A stretch of DNA of 64,000 bases from Bugula neritina (GCA_964035545.1 OZ037767.1:18630259-18694258), one strand, 5' to 3'. Shown: positions 23,643-39,804, counted from the first letter of the stretch. Made by a program: numbers and translations. The notes: generated from the letters alone by a model not told the origin.

Positions 23643-24345
23643 ACTAACAATAATTTGTGGCACAAAATTATACTTTGAAGCGTAAAATAATATTGTCTGC
23701 TATATTATGAAATGAGAGTTTATATGCTTGTGCTTAATTGGTCTCACCTTAATGATTTCCCTTAAAGAGAAATTAAAAGATAATTGGCTAAAAATATTAT
23801 TCTGCTAATTTTAAGTATACAAATCAATAATAAATCAATTAGTAATATCATAATATTTATAAATAATTGAGCATTACCATGGTTTGTGAGGAAGCATTTT
23901 CCTGGTAAATTCTTAGGTCTTACATAGCTAAACATTGACTTGTGGATAGAATGAATAGAATGAATGGAAGTTGTAAAACTAGCAGTGGAGCTGAAAAACA
24001 GGCCACTAAAAAAATTGAATAAAAAATAATTAAATACTTTTGGCAGCACACTAGGTAACTTTTAAAAATAGTTTTCCATAATTTCAGGTTAGACTATAGA
24101 AACATAGCACATTTCAAAGAAGATGAGCTCAGAAATGCAATATGTAGCACAATGATGATTACGTAATAGAAAAATGTTGTAAAAAAATTGCGCTGGAGCA
24201 ACTTGGTATATTAAGAAATTAAAGCTAAGACCCATCTTTTCATTGCACTTGGACGGCACACTTAGACATAGTAGGAGTGACTTATTTTGTTAGATGTTGC
24301 TTTGTCAGTTGGCAGTGAAAATTATCACAGCCAGGTTGATCCATT

Positions 24346-27300
24346 TCAACTTTCTCCACTGTCAAAAGGTGAGGACGGAGCTACCGGATCAAATGTTGGT
24401 CTTTCAAGAGGCAAACGAGGTCCAGGGTCTTGCTCAGAGAATTCTCCTGTACACATGACTGAAGTGCCGACTCTGGAATTTCCACTACTGTCACTCTGAA
24501 AAGAGCTGGCAAAAGAAAGCGGTGTGCTAGTCAGACTTCTGTCTCTCCTATCATGACAGCTTCCAGCAGGTGGACATTGTGAAGTAGAAGTTGAAGCACA
24601 TGGTTGACTGATAACATTGGTGTTAGGTGTCATGTCAACTGTCAGCCTAGAGTCTGCTGTCAAACTCTGTGAAGCAGCACTTGGATGTAGAGTGCCAGAT
24701 TCCTGAACAGGGGTGGAAGGTCGAGGGTTGTGTTCGTACTGCACGCTGTCAAGGTGTGAGTTAGTATCAGTACAGATTTCACTGTAGGATTCGCTGCCAT
24801 CAATGAATGGAGTGCCTAAAACATGAGAATAATGTGAGATATCAGTCAACCAGCTCTTGCATAGTGGAGACAGGAATCAAATCTAATTTATGTTCCCCAT
24901 GCATTGCTATTCAAATAAGACTAAGGAATTTGTCAACCAACAATTGACAGTTTAATCTTCACTGCGCTTTTATTAATAAAAATCGAGTATAGTATAAAAT
25001 ATAAAAAATACTGACAAAGATTGTAATAAAGTGTCACAAATTCTACTTTATAAACTGTTATAATACATATCACTCTCTTTTGTTATTTAGCTTACACTTA
25101 TAATTATATGGCACACAAGTCTATTGCAACTATCATTATGCAATAATTGTTTACATTCTTAATCGCTCTTTATTGGTTAATGAATAGTGCCTATTTTACA
25201 CGAGTCATGCACAGTGTATGATGTGATAGTATTTTTTAGACTTATTAATTTAGAATCACCGGCTTTCCATGTACCGATCTCAGATCGATCTCAGGCAGAT
25301 CGATCCATGGAAAGACGGCAAAGATCGATCTCAGTCGTTCTGAGCTGGTCGGTCTGTAGAGCTCGAACTCAGATCGATCTCAAGGCAATAAGACCATGGA
25401 AAGACGAAAGATCAATCCGAGAAGTAGAAAAATGACTGCTCGCTAAAATGTTGTCTGCTAATAAAAATGATAACTTATTGTTAATTATTAAGCAAAGTAC
25501 TTAATAATTAAGATAGCCACCTTTTCAAGTGGCAAAACTTTGACTTTCAGTAAAATGATTAGGAAAACTTAATTATGTAAAATTATGGATGGTAGAAGAT
25601 ACAAAAAGTGAGAGTATTTAAATTGAATTTAAATGACTAGTATAACCAGGGATGTAGTGGTACCCATACGGTCCCATACGCCGTATGGCCTAGAAGAAAA
25701 TAGACTGTTCTAGGCCATACGCCCGTATGGGCATAAATATTTTTGAAAGATGATTAGTGCACAGGATAGTTTGGGCATCCTCACTGAGAATATTATCATA
25801 AATTTCGCTCACAATCTAGTTTAAGTTCTTGTTATGTTAATGCTATGTGGGTGGCATGCGTGTTGCCTACTTGTGATTGTTTAGCCTGAGATTACACTAT
25901 GAATAATAAGCAGCTGCCCGAATTAGAGCTATCAACATTCCATCTTCTCATCTCTATGTGTTCACTGAAGCGCGAAGTGCTGTGCATTGGTGATTACTAA
26001 GGAAAAAATCTTTCATTATCAGTGTATAAATCACTAACTTGTAGAAAATCTATGAAGGCTATTGAAAAGATTAAAAAAATTTGCCATGCATAAATTTCTC
26101 AGGTTTCCGACAGTGTTTGTTCTATTCGAATACCATGCTTTCCTGATGAGATATTTGGCAGGAATTGAAAAATAAATTTTTCAGGTAAAATTGGCCAAAA
26201 GTGGGTAGATTTTTGTCTATAACTTTGCAAAAAAAATATTGAAAACTCAAAAAAGCAGGTGCTCTGAGGAACAGAAAGATCTAAAACATGGTTTTTAAAT
26301 TTTAATTCTAGCACAATTAAGTGAGGTTTTATTTGGCTGGACTGAATTCTTATAATATACCAATAATGTGGCCCCAGCAAGGCAGTGACAGCTAGAAGGT
26401 TGCTCTTATCTGTCTTGTGTGGACTTGCATTTTGTCAATAAGCAATAGAATTTGGAAAAAAACCAACATGAAATCCAGAAATAAAATTAAAATGTCTTCA
26501 GGAAACAGTACCAGGTGTGTAGGAGGGGTTAATGAAAATTTATCACCGAGGTCTACAGGTACTATATCCACATTTTGGTCAAAAACCTAGCGTTATTGCA
26601 TGTCAATTATCAATGCAATAAGGTTTTGCAAACTGTACACCACCATAAGTAACCTTCTATGTTTGATTGTACTAACATCAGGCTTTACATTTAATCGTCT
26701 TCTAGGTTAACACATATTAAACTTGTCAAATTTGTTCTTTTGGGGTATATTTCCTTGATGTATCTAGTGGAAGCTCAGGGGTTTTATTTTAAAACCAAGT
26801 TAACATACTTTTCTTGGGTGTGCTTTATTGTGTGTAAGGAGGTGTGGTGGTATCACCTTATGGATTAGACTAGTATACTCTAATAAACTCCAAATAGGTT
26901 TTCAACCAATTTCTGCTTGCCAATGAGTTATCAATTCAAATTGCTCTTTATATGTAACCAACACACATTTTCTGATTAGCAATCTTCCTCTGTTCTGATC
27001 TATTATTCTTTTTCTTTGCACGGCAGTGTATTAGTTATTTAAAGTAATCAGGTTGCATTTGGAGAGCACTTGTTACCTGCCTCTATCCTTCCATCTTTTT
27101 GAGATATTCAGCAATTTTTCTGTACAGGTTGGACTTAGTGTCAGAACAAACCTAACTGCAGTTGAGTAAGACTACATTACATTACATTACAGTCAACAGG
27201 TATGGGACGAGACTGAATATTTATATATATAGTTTGCAGCAATGCCCAGTCGTCATGTAGCTGGTGTGATATGAAAATAATAGCGAGGTGCACATTTCAA

Positions 27301-30300
27301 CACAGATTTTTTCAGAAGAATTATAATTCACAATGGCTTTAGATTGCATAAATTTGCATCAGAAGCGCTCTGAGGGCTTCGGCGGCCGGGGCGCTGCCCC
27401 GGACCCCGCCGGGGGCCTGGGCGGCCCCCTGGACCCCCGGCCTGAGAGTATGGCCTAGAATATTCTTGCCACTACATCCCTGAGTATAACGCACTGTCAT
27501 TAGTTATTTGCTGCGTAATTTTAAGCCTAATAGTCCCGTAAGTTTATGAATAAGCTGCACAACAGCTATTAATTTTATATAAGCTGTCAAGCTAAAATAT
27601 TAAAATTAATTATCTTAAATTGGCCAAATTACTCCATACTAAAAGCTTTACTGCGTAGAGTTTATAGCTGGCGGTAAATTTTAAACTATGAAATTTTTTT
27701 TTTCACCAGCAGTAGCTTTTATCACTCAGGTGGGTAAAAAAATTATGCTATTAAAGTAATCTTTACCTAAGAGGAGGCAACTCCGAAAGATCGATCTGAC
27801 GCTCTCATGGAAAAACGATCGATCTGAGCACATGTCTCAGATCGATCTCAGCGAGATCGATCTGAGATCGATCTGAGATCGATACATGGAAAGCCCGTGT
27901 ATAAAAGCAGATGCTTTACTTGTAAGAGGAGTTCAACAATAAAGTTCATGAACTTTGACCTTGACAAATTACCTTCTGAATCGACTAGAGAATTAGCATT
28001 ACTCCTGCGGTTGTGCATTTCTAAATCATTTCTGCCTTCTCTGGAAGTTGATCTGGATGCTAAAAATAGACTCGATGATGGAAACTTTCGCAAGCGTTAC
28101 AACAAGACACATGATACTAATAAGAGTTCTATGCAAAAAATCAGAGATGAGGCGAAGATGAAATTTTAAAAAGTTTGTTTTTCGAAGTAGAAAAATAGAT
28201 GAAGAAATGAACCCAAAATTCATAAACGAGTATTTTGAAGCAATATATTCCTTTAAGATATTTGCACTCTATCAATATTTTGAGTTGAATTTTTATTGAA
28301 AAAGGAATAATGCAAAATAAAAATCATAATTTTCAAGTTGTAATTTAAATGTTTTAATACACTGCACAGGCAATTTTAAATGGTGAAATTTATGAAGTAT
28401 AAGCACCATAAATGTCATGAAACCCGTATCTTTTGAAATATATGTTTCAACTACTTTTGAACTAAAAAGACAACCTTTATAAAAATGCATCGTTGCCTCA
28501 AGTGCACAGCATCGTTATTTCAATCTTTAAATTTTTTACAGGAACACATTAAATATTGCGAGTTTTTATTAAAAGCAATAATGTAATATTATTTGCTAAG
28601 ATTCATAAGCTTTAAAGTAGTGTCTACTTATATAGTTAGGAAATATAATAAACATTTACGTTTTCTTTTGATCTTTCTGTGCCAGCAGCAAACAAATGTG
28701 ATGGCTGCCAAGACGACGAGTAGAACAAAGGTGCCCACCAGTGCTAGAGTTACTAAAACATCAAAATAAAATTAAACATAAATTTAAAATACACTACAGA
28801 ATGCGTAAAAATACATCACTGAGTTTGTAACAATACACTACTGAGTGTAACAATACTGAGTGAGTAACAATATACTACTGAGTGAGTAACAATACACTAC
28901 TGAGTGAGTAATAATACACTACTGAGTGAGTAACAATACACTACTGAGTGAGTAATAATACACTACTGAGTGAGTAACAATACACTACTGAGTGAGTAAC
29001 AACACACCACTGAGTGAGTAACAATATACTACTGAGTGAGTAACAACACACCACTGAGTGAGTAACAATACACTACTGAGTGAGTAATAATACACTACTG
29101 AGTATGTAACAATATACTACTGAGTGAGTAACAATACACTACTGAGTGAGTAACAATACACTACTGAGTGAGTAACAATACACTACTGAGTGAGTAACAA
29201 TACACTAATGAAGAACAACTTGACTGCTCCAAGAACACTCACAGATTTTAGCAATTGCCTCACCAGCAGTTTTTTGATGAGATACATGTGAAACAGATGC
29301 AGTAGTAGGAGTTAGCTGGGGTATTAGTGTCCTAATTGTCATTGATTTCGTAGTTACCTCCCCTGGTGACATTCTTGTACAGGTATTGCTTGGGTGAGAA
29401 AAGTAATCTACAAAAATGAGTCTCATGAAATGCTAGCCATGCCACTCTGATTGCGTCAAAGCAGCATATAGCTGTTATTATTCCCATGTATTATAAATAT
29501 TGTTATCTATATTATATATGAATAAGCATACCATAAAGAAGAAAATTGAAAAAACATTAATGTGTAAATTGAAAAGTTAGCATTTCTGCAACAATCTGTT
29601 GCGGTTTCTATAAACATCACGACTGACTAAAACCATAAAAAATTAATTGCAACCAAAAATCACTGGTTTAGTACCAAGATGGCAAATTTATTTGATTTTT
29701 ATAGAAAGTAGCTTCGAGACTATTGTATCCCAACCTTGCATAGCTCATGCAGACAAATGCGATTCATGTTTGAAGTATTTGAGTCAACAGAAGTACATTA
29801 TACTTCACATGTGATAACTATTGGGTACTACAGAGTCTTACAGGATAACACTGAGAACTAGTGAGTGCTACAGAGTAACACTGATAGCTAGTGAGTACTA
29901 CAGAGTAACACTGATAGCTAGTGAGTACCACTATGGACTAATGAGTGCTACTGAGCCCTAGTGACAACTACTAAAAGTGCCAAGATTTAGCATACGATAA
30001 CATACCCGAGAAACAAGACAAATGTTGCACCAAAAGCTGAGTCACTAGTCTATAGATTGTGACTGTCAGTCACAATGAATAATCAAAGTTACAAAGTTCA
30101 TTAAGAGTAGCTGACATTTTTCTAAGTGAAAAATGACACTAAGAGTTGAAAAGGCAATATATTTACTACCATTTATAAGTTACCATATTTTATATGGAAA
30201 AGCATGTGTAATTCTAGATAAGAAACACAGCAAAAGAAATTAGGCTCCCTCAAGAATTTTAACCCTCGCCCTAAACCAAAATGTAATAAAACAATTAAAG

Positions 30301-31107
30301 AACTTAGGTTATCCCACTTTTTCCATTACTACTTCCAAATAGTGATGTTAGAAAGAGCATCCAGTCATAATTGCTCCTGTGCCCCATTTGAATAAGTCCT
30401 TAGCCTTATTTAACAAAAACCCTTTCCATCAGGGGTTCTCACAGGGATAATGACTATAAACTTCCATGAGTTTGTATATAATACCACTTACTAGGGCAAT
30501 GTGCCGTGCATCTGCTTTCACTTATTGAGCCAACTTCCACATTCTCACACAAGGTAGCACAACTCCTGAACTGCGAAAAATGTTGCACGTAATAGCAGCC
30601 ATCTCTGTCTGTGTGTCCATTACTTTGACAATAGGTGTCATCCAGTTTACTTAATGGTCCTATACATCTCCATATTCTACAAAACATGCAGGGGCAATTT
30701 TTCTTCTTAGTAGATTTGTTTTTAAGTCAATGTATCCCAATACCCTGAAATCAGTGTGCATAGACAAGTGAAACTGATGGTATGGATTACAGGTATAAAA
30801 TATGATTGCGTGTTTAGGATAATATTGCCTCTCAAAGCAAAAGATTTTTATTGTCATTATTCTTTCTGGAGGTTTAGGTACTGGGGGTAAGCATTTTTAT
30901 GACTAAAGCCACAAAATGTTATACAATGTAGCTCTTAGCTAATACCAAGTAATCCTAGCTTTTATTCCAATTCTATTAAAAAAGACAAACCCCAACTAAA
31001 CAATTGTAATGCTGGAAGTTTCAGTGTACTCACTGTGCAGATGATGTTATGCCAGCAAAACATAATATTGACAAAGATAATTTAGACAATTTTCTCCTTC
31101 CTCTCAT
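24346..31107 (-). CDS. A3: type I membrane protein, 8-Cys ectodomain, stalk, long tail with PVQES
   Basis: Exons 31107-31034 (MRGRRKLSKLSLSILCFAGITSSAQ), 30676-30492 (185 bp, Cys module), 29407-29243 or 29264 (two same-phase donors), 28752-28660 (TM LALVGTFVLLVVLAAITFVCCW-HRKIKRK), 28059-27973 and 24815-24346. Same exon/phase pattern as A2. Confidence 0.82.
25257..27899. mobile_element. Non-autonomous TIR element with GATCGATCTC subterminal repeats (superfamily unresolved)
   Basis: CAC(C/G)GGCTTTCCATGTA(C/T)CGATCTCAGATCGATCTC inverted at both ends; no clear TSD; lies in the last intron of A3. Confidence 0.75.
25647..27482. mobile_element. Non-autonomous hAT-type DNA transposon nested in the previous element
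   Basis: 14-bp TIR CAGGGATGTAGTGG/CCACTACATCCCTG; 8-bp TSD AGTATAAC (25639-25646, 27483-27490); GC-rich subterminal hairpin at ~27380-27442. Confidence 0.9.
28815..29205. repeat. 22-bp minisatellite (ACTACTGAGTGAGTAACAATAC), about 17 copies
   Basis: Fills most of the intron between the A3 stalk and TM exons. Confidence 0.92.
29820..29970. repeat. ~30-bp degenerate tandem repeat (CTAGTGAGTACTACAGAGTAACACTGATAG)
   Basis: 3-5 visible units. Confidence 0.7.
30340..30465 (+). mobile_element. SINE family 1, 5'-truncated
   Basis: Body and 3' end match the 7121-7336 copy; ends about 25 bp from the A3 Cys-exon donor. Confidence 0.8.
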
Positions 31108-34100
31108 TCTGTAATACCTAAAACCACAATTACAAAGTTGTCTTTGAAACACAGCACATTGATGATGAAATGCTTTCAAGGCATCAAAATTATATTGTCC
31201 TGTAGGAGTGAAATGGGAGAAAGCAACAGAGGAGGTGTGGACCAAAGTGCTTGAAATAGCTGCTGGTTTTGAGTAACAAAATATTACAATAGAAGACTGC
31301 AATGATTATCAGCAAATAATATACTCATGCAGAAGCGTGCACACTTAATGATTTGAAATTGTCATCACCCCTGCGTGTAAGTAAGCACAACAATTAATGT
31401 GCATTTTCTGTGGGCTGTGAAAGTAGAGTGGTCCACAAGTCAAGTTGCTGTAATAAATAGGCTATATTATAACGACTGTATAATACTAATAGTGCCACAT
31501 GCCAGTAGATACCTCTTATCTGTTCAGTTGAGGATGGTGTTTGAGACAAGTTAGAATAAAGGTCTTTATATTCTAGTAGGTATGAAATTCTCAATTATGT
31601 CACAACAGTGTCAACACATCTTTAAGTTTAAGCTATCTGAAAAGAGCAAAAGTAACAAAGAGGAGCCATTGAAAACACTTCGACTAACTAAGTAACTAGT
31701 TTTTCATTTTTCATTTAAAAAGTGATTTGCAGATAGATGATTCACCAGGTAATATCACTATCAGTATCTGTGACAATGTACACATTCTGATGTAAAAACA
31801 AAGGTTATTCAAAGGTTTCGTTTGCAAAATTGTCCAAGTTTGCAATCTGTTTTATGAGCTATCAGTATCATCATGATAATCATAATGGTGATTATATGAT
31901 GGTGGATATGCCTGATAGTGATATGTCATGTGGTTATGGGACTTATGGCATGTTTCGAATTCGATTAACATAATATTAATTATAATACAATCATTTTGAT
32001 ATTTATCTTTATGTTGAGAAGTTACATACAAATTTACCACAGTGCTACTAATAGAATGATAAATGAAGCAAAACATCCCTTACCTTCAGGAATCAAAGAT
32101 ATTGAAAATATAGTTTGTAACTTGTAAGTTACTAAGACTAAGTATAAAGTATGATCTGACTGAATTCCCAGCCCAACTTTGTGACAATCATTGAATTTCT
32201 CGCAATTCCTATCACTATGACTACCCACTCGTGCCAGTAATGTAAACACGCTAATAGATTGAACAGTAATTAATTACCTTAAGGCTTAAGCAGTTTCTAT
32301 GGCGCCAGTAGCTGCTGAAATGAAGTGGTCACAATATTAATATTTCCAATTACTCTCCTGGAATTTCGGCGGCCCTCTAAGATATTGCGCACTGGACTTC
32401 ACCGGAATCCCCAACGAATAGCGCACGTCTCTAGTTACGAACAAAGCACCATCCAATGACAGCGGCATACCAGCGTGAGAATTAAGAATGTTTCTATAAG
32501 AAGCTTTGAGTTGGGGGTTATTAAGTACAGTAGTTTGCGGGCTCCCAGTTGTTGAAACTACAATTATTAACTCCCAACTCAGAGCTGCTCGTAGAACAAT
32601 TCAAAATTTAAAGCTCAGTGGCATAAAAAAGCAGATTTAATCCTATATTGGTTGCTGTAATAAATAAGCAAAATTAAACAAAAAGAAAACATTAATACAT
32701 TGTAGATTACCTAACTAACTAATTATGAAACTCTACAATAAATGAACTACGACAAAAAAAAACATAATTTACATTCATACTATAATCACCTTTTGCCTCC
32801 TCAGGGCCGTAGCTACACACACACACACACACATATATTTATTTAAATTCTTCTAATTTCATTATTTTGCCAGGTTATAGCCACTATAATATTTGCAGTA
32901 ATAGTGCTATAATTATCAGTAGGAGCTTTTTTTAACAACATAATATACTTTTTCTGAATAATATGTGCTCTAGGTGAACATCATGATGAGCAGAATACAA
33001 AAATAATATACTGCAGGTTTATTTTAGCTGGAATACATATTACAGTTGTTTTACATTTCTTACACTGTGAAATTATATATGTGCACAAAGATTGAATAAA
33101 TAAGTGACACAAACAAATTTTAATTTCTTATATTTATTGTTGAATAAATAACAGATTATCTAACTGTGAATTGATATATAAAATGACCAAATACAATAAA
33201 CTTTATGAATTCTTTGGTGCTCTGTAACTCATATATCGCAATGAAGATTAATAGTTACTCAAAGCATTGCACGGTGGTATATAATATCATTCACTCTGAA
33301 TAAGTATTGAAAGTATGACAAATGTATAAATTTGTATGGGTGGTTTTTTAAGAAGGTTTACATAACATATGCTCTAATTTTCCACATTCTGTTTTAGACA
33401 CAAATAGCTGAATAATTGTTAATTAGCAAATTTCTAATAGAACCTACTATAATACTTCTATTACAAAAACAAAATAGAACATAATGAGGATATATATCGA
33501 ATATTAATAAAATTTTGATGTTTAAATGAAATATACTATAATATGAAATACTATAACTTCTTATAACTTATAAGATGTTATATGATATTAATTGCAACAT
33601 AATATATTATGATGTTAAAAAATATCATTTTACATTGTAAAATCATTATATGTAACATTATAATAAAAACCTAATAATGATTATGAAGTAGGTTATTGAG
33701 CTTTTTAAAGATAATTATATATCATATTTAAAACTTTTACAACTGTCCTATTTCATTGAAATTGAAACTTAATCAACTCTCAATATATTGTAAAAACAAG
33801 TATTGTTATTTTTAATAATTTATAATTTAATTTACAAAAAATTTCAGAACTATAATTACAAGTTTATATTTTAATTTTCCTAAAGTAAATATTGCCTTTA
33901 ATAAAAAAAGTCTTGAGGATATGATTAAGCCACAGAATAGCTTCTAAGCAAAGACCCAAAAGTTAACTTAAGAATACCAGCTGCCAGAATTTGAGAACTT
34001 TTTTTTCAAAATCATTCTTTCCCAGTAGAAGTATAGAGTTTCATTATTCCGTCTTCTGTAGATCTTTTACACCCTAAAGTTAGTTAAACCACAACTGTAG

Positions 34101-34175
34101 TATTCTAGTTATTAATATGATGGCACAATTTTAGTAAATATGCAGCAATATAATATAATATAGTAATACTATGAT

Positions 34176-36039
<1,864 letters not shown>

Positions 36040-36312
36040 GTAGGCTATATCACTGTAGAATTATAATTTAAAATTTGTCACCAAACTGTATTCAGTTCAA
36101 ATAATTTTGTTTCTTTTCTCATTTTATAGACTTGTTTGTTGGCAAATTCTTTCTGCCTTAGAAAAATTGCTAATTTCCAAAATTCTTATTCAAAGGAAAT
36201 ATTGGAACAAAAAGTTCTCTTGCTAAGCCCAAGTTTTTTTTAAAAAAAATTAATATTTGATTAAAAAGTGGAAGCGACCATTGGTGTAATTACCATGGAT
36301 CTGTTTTTGAAG

Positions 36313-39300
36313 TTAACCATCTTCGGCAACTTGTTGAATTGGAGCAAAGTCTTCCAATTCAGAAGGTTTAACATTTTCAATTCCTGTAACAAATAAAATA
36401 AAACTGAAACTACATTATATAGTCTAATAATCATATTATATATTGCGTATGTTTTGCATAAGCTACAATATTATTATATTACTATTAGAAGCTAGGATTT
36501 CAGTTAGACTAAATTGTTAAAAATAAAACTATGAATTTATTTTGTAAATTTCAGAGCTAATGAAATTTTAGTAAAAGGTTTAATTCACACTTGATCACTA
36601 GCTTTATTATAAACTCAAAAGCAAATAAAGTTGAAATTAACAGGAAAAGGATTGCTTTTAACAAAGATGCAAGTTGATTGATAGAACTTACTATAACAAC
36701 TTATGCAGCACTTCTTATCTAGGAATTTACACAGCTTGCAATCTAAATTTCCTTTACAATGCCAGCAGCTTCTTTTTCTCCTCCTCCACTCTAAGTATAT
36801 TAGAGCTATGAACAGCAAGACTGCAAGGCTGCAAAGAGGCAGGCCAAGGAACAAGCCTAAACTGTTTCTACATATTTCTCTTGCTTTAAGTATGTAGGAA
36901 GGAATGATTGTGGGCGGAATGATTGGATCACAGGCCATCTTTACATACTCTAAAAAAAATATCATTTAATATATTTATTATCATATATTACTTATAGCAT
37001 ATCAAAGTGGTATTAAATTAATCAAAAATATTCAACCAACAACTTTCATAATGGTGTTATTATATTATATTATACAATATTACATTATATTATACATTAT
37101 ATTATGCTATTTTATATTATATTACACTATATCATTTTATGCTGTATATTACATTGTATACTATGTTATATTATATTATATTACATTATATTATATTTTA
37201 CTATGTTGTATTATATCACAATATACTAAATTATATCACATTATACTATATATTACATTATTTTATATATTACATTGTACTATATTATATTATATTGTAG
37301 TATACTTTATTATGTAATACTATATATTATGCTATTTTATATACTGTCAATGCTTCTATTTAATGATGACAGTGGGTGAATTACTGAATGAATGAAGCAT
37401 GACATCAGTTAGTAGAAAAACACTCACGGCAGCACTTTGAGGTGCACGTTTCATCACCGACAGCAGCATTATTGCAAATTTTAGCACAAGAATAATACTG
37501 GTCAAAATCTTCTTCGTAAAAGCATCCAGGTCCTTTCTGAATTTGAGTGTTGCACATTCCATTAGTGTACGTTGACATCTGCCCTGTGCATTCGTAGACA
37601 CTGTAATAGAAAATACATACTTTATATACTATACTTACATATGTAGTACTTTATTCTCAGACTTCCATCATGCTTTAATACTATGCTTATATATTATAAT
37701 GTGCTCATAATATAATTGCTATATAGTATATAATATGTCTACAAGCTATTGGTCTAAACGTAGGTATAACATATTGATGAGACTTGCGTGAAATATAGTC
37801 GCATTATCAAAAAGCAGAAGGAGAATTTTATAGCACTTCCTAAAAAATATGAGTAAAGCGAATATTTCGCCAAGATGACCAATTAGTTATATATTCAAAG
37901 GATGATATAATGTCATTCAGCTTATATGAGTTACTCTGCTTGGATTTATTGAACTGGGTTAACAAATATTTAGCTGGTACTGTTGGTAGTTGTCTTACCG
38001 GAGAAAAGAGTGATCAGCGACTGCGCATGTAGTTAATTGACTAGTTCCTGATTCACTATAGCTAACGGTAGGGGTGGGTAAGCTGTAGCTGCAGGTCGGT
38101 AGTTGGAAAAGCAGCACTAAAGCTGGAAGGGAGCTTTTGATAGACAGATGACACTGAAACAAAAGGTTATGCTACATGTATGCTGAATAAAATAGGTTAT
38201 TAAGGTGTTTGAAAAAGAAAATTCTAACTTAATTACTTGATATTATACTGAATGACACTGCAAAGATCAAATTATAATGACCCATGTTCATGAAAACTCT
38301 GTTTCCTTCGAATACGAACAGTTGATGTCAAAGCCAATAAAAAAAAATTTCATGCCAGTTCAAAGCATTCATTCCAGCATGACTGGTTCTTAAGTGGAAT
38401 AATAACTCTGTCTGTTACCATGCTGTCTACTTGAGTTAAAGATTTTTGCTGAGGCAAATTAAAGCACAGTTACAATTGGATGCTCTTCCTGACAGCACAA
38501 ATATTTTAAACTCAACTGATAACTTATGTCCTGCAAGCTGCAGACCTATACTTTAATTAGCACACCATATTATGCTCTAACCACTAGGCAAATACTGCCC
38601 CCAGTAGATAAGCAAAGTCTAAGTTCCTTTTATATAATACATATCTCTAGAAAATTACCTAAATCCTGGCTCATGTTTGATATAGTTTGTAGATGTGATC
38701 ATAAAGTCACAGGTTAATTTACCCTGTACACGGAGAAATAAACATATTTTGCTTGAATTTTTTAACAACAAGAGAGCTAGGTTTATATTTTAACCCCTTA
38801 GACACACTGTGTACTTTGCAGGCCGCAACTTAAAACAGTAGCCATTTTTACAAAAATCCAAGCTTCCTGTACGACGCTGAGGTACAATAGGATCAAGTTC
38901 TGCTTGATTAAAAAAGGTTGCGGCAGGCTTCTATGCTATTGGTAGAAAAACATTTGCTTCAATTTATTGGATATAAATATTCAATGAGGGATCATAGATG
39001 GTACCTAATAGCAAACTTAGAGAACATATTAAAAATTACATAACAATTAAAAATTAAATTACATTAATAGTATTAGTGCTGTCTATTGTGTATGGGTAGA
39101 TGAGACAAGGTGAGGGTAAAGATGAGAAAGGGTGGATATGTAGGGTTAGAAGGGGGAAATTAGTGCTCATATGAATAGTTTCAACAAAACAAAAACATAA
39201 AACAGAAAGGCAAAGATTTTGAGAAAGAAAAATATATTATATAACTTATCAACATGCTCCTTGAAAATACAGGATAACTAGCTTAAAGTACGGAATTAAT

Positions 39301-39804
39301 TACTGTAGGTACTTGAAAAGCCTAATTCTAGAGTATAATTCAGATCAAAAATATGAAAAGTTTATTGACATAGGTAGTAACAATTAGCAGCTCGGCCATT
39401 TATAAACTGAGTTTTGCCTGTTTCAATCATTATCATCATCATGTCAAAAGAAGTTAATCAGTTGCCGTTGGCAGCAGCTGTAATCAATTACTTGTTAACA
39501 CCTTGCTTTAATATAAATCTAATTATTCCTAATCTGCGAGGCAATTGTATGCATAATGATAATGAATATAGTTTGGAATACGCTGTCATTTTATAACAAC
39601 CATAATCATAGTGATAATGATAATGAAAAGCCCAAAACTATAAGTATAACTATAACTATAAGTAGGCCTATAAGTATAAGTACTGCAGTACAGGTCTACC
39701 TCCATTTGTTACAACAGTAGCAAAGGAACTATAGGAAGTATGTAATTAAATAGCAATTGCAACCCATGTAGTAGTTGTATACTTACCAGGTTACGCTCAC
39801 TCAT
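36313..39804 (-). CDS. A4: divergent paralogue with Cys ectodomain, short stalk, TM, Cys-rich juxtamembrane region and PSELED tail
   Basis: Exons 39804-39787 (MSERNL, tentative), 38153-37999 (signal-like LPALVLLFQLPTCSYS...HSFLR), 37600-37428 (VYECTGQMS...GCFY...SCAKIC...CTSKCC; not in the ORF track), 36949-36692 (QYVKMAC, TM, RRRKRSCWHC...CCISCY) and 36383-36313 (RIENVKPSELEDFAPIQQVAEDG*). All are phase-consistent. Confidence 0.72.

Noticed and set aside
27897-28169. 90-aa plus-strand ORF
   Set aside because: Overlaps the minus-strand A3 exon 28059-27973; no motif of its own.
28815-29205. Regular repeat array resembling a CRISPR
   Set aside because: Head-to-tail units with no unique spacers, in a eukaryotic intron, and no cas genes.
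34010-34075. Possible additional last exon of A4 (GCKRSTEDGIMKLYTSTGKE*)
   Set aside because: Needs a weak GTTAAC donor at ~36316; no homology support.
37356-37601. ORF-track protein MSTNAQGRC...
   Set aside because: Wrong frame; another minus-strand frame encodes the A4 Cys module homologous to A1-A3.
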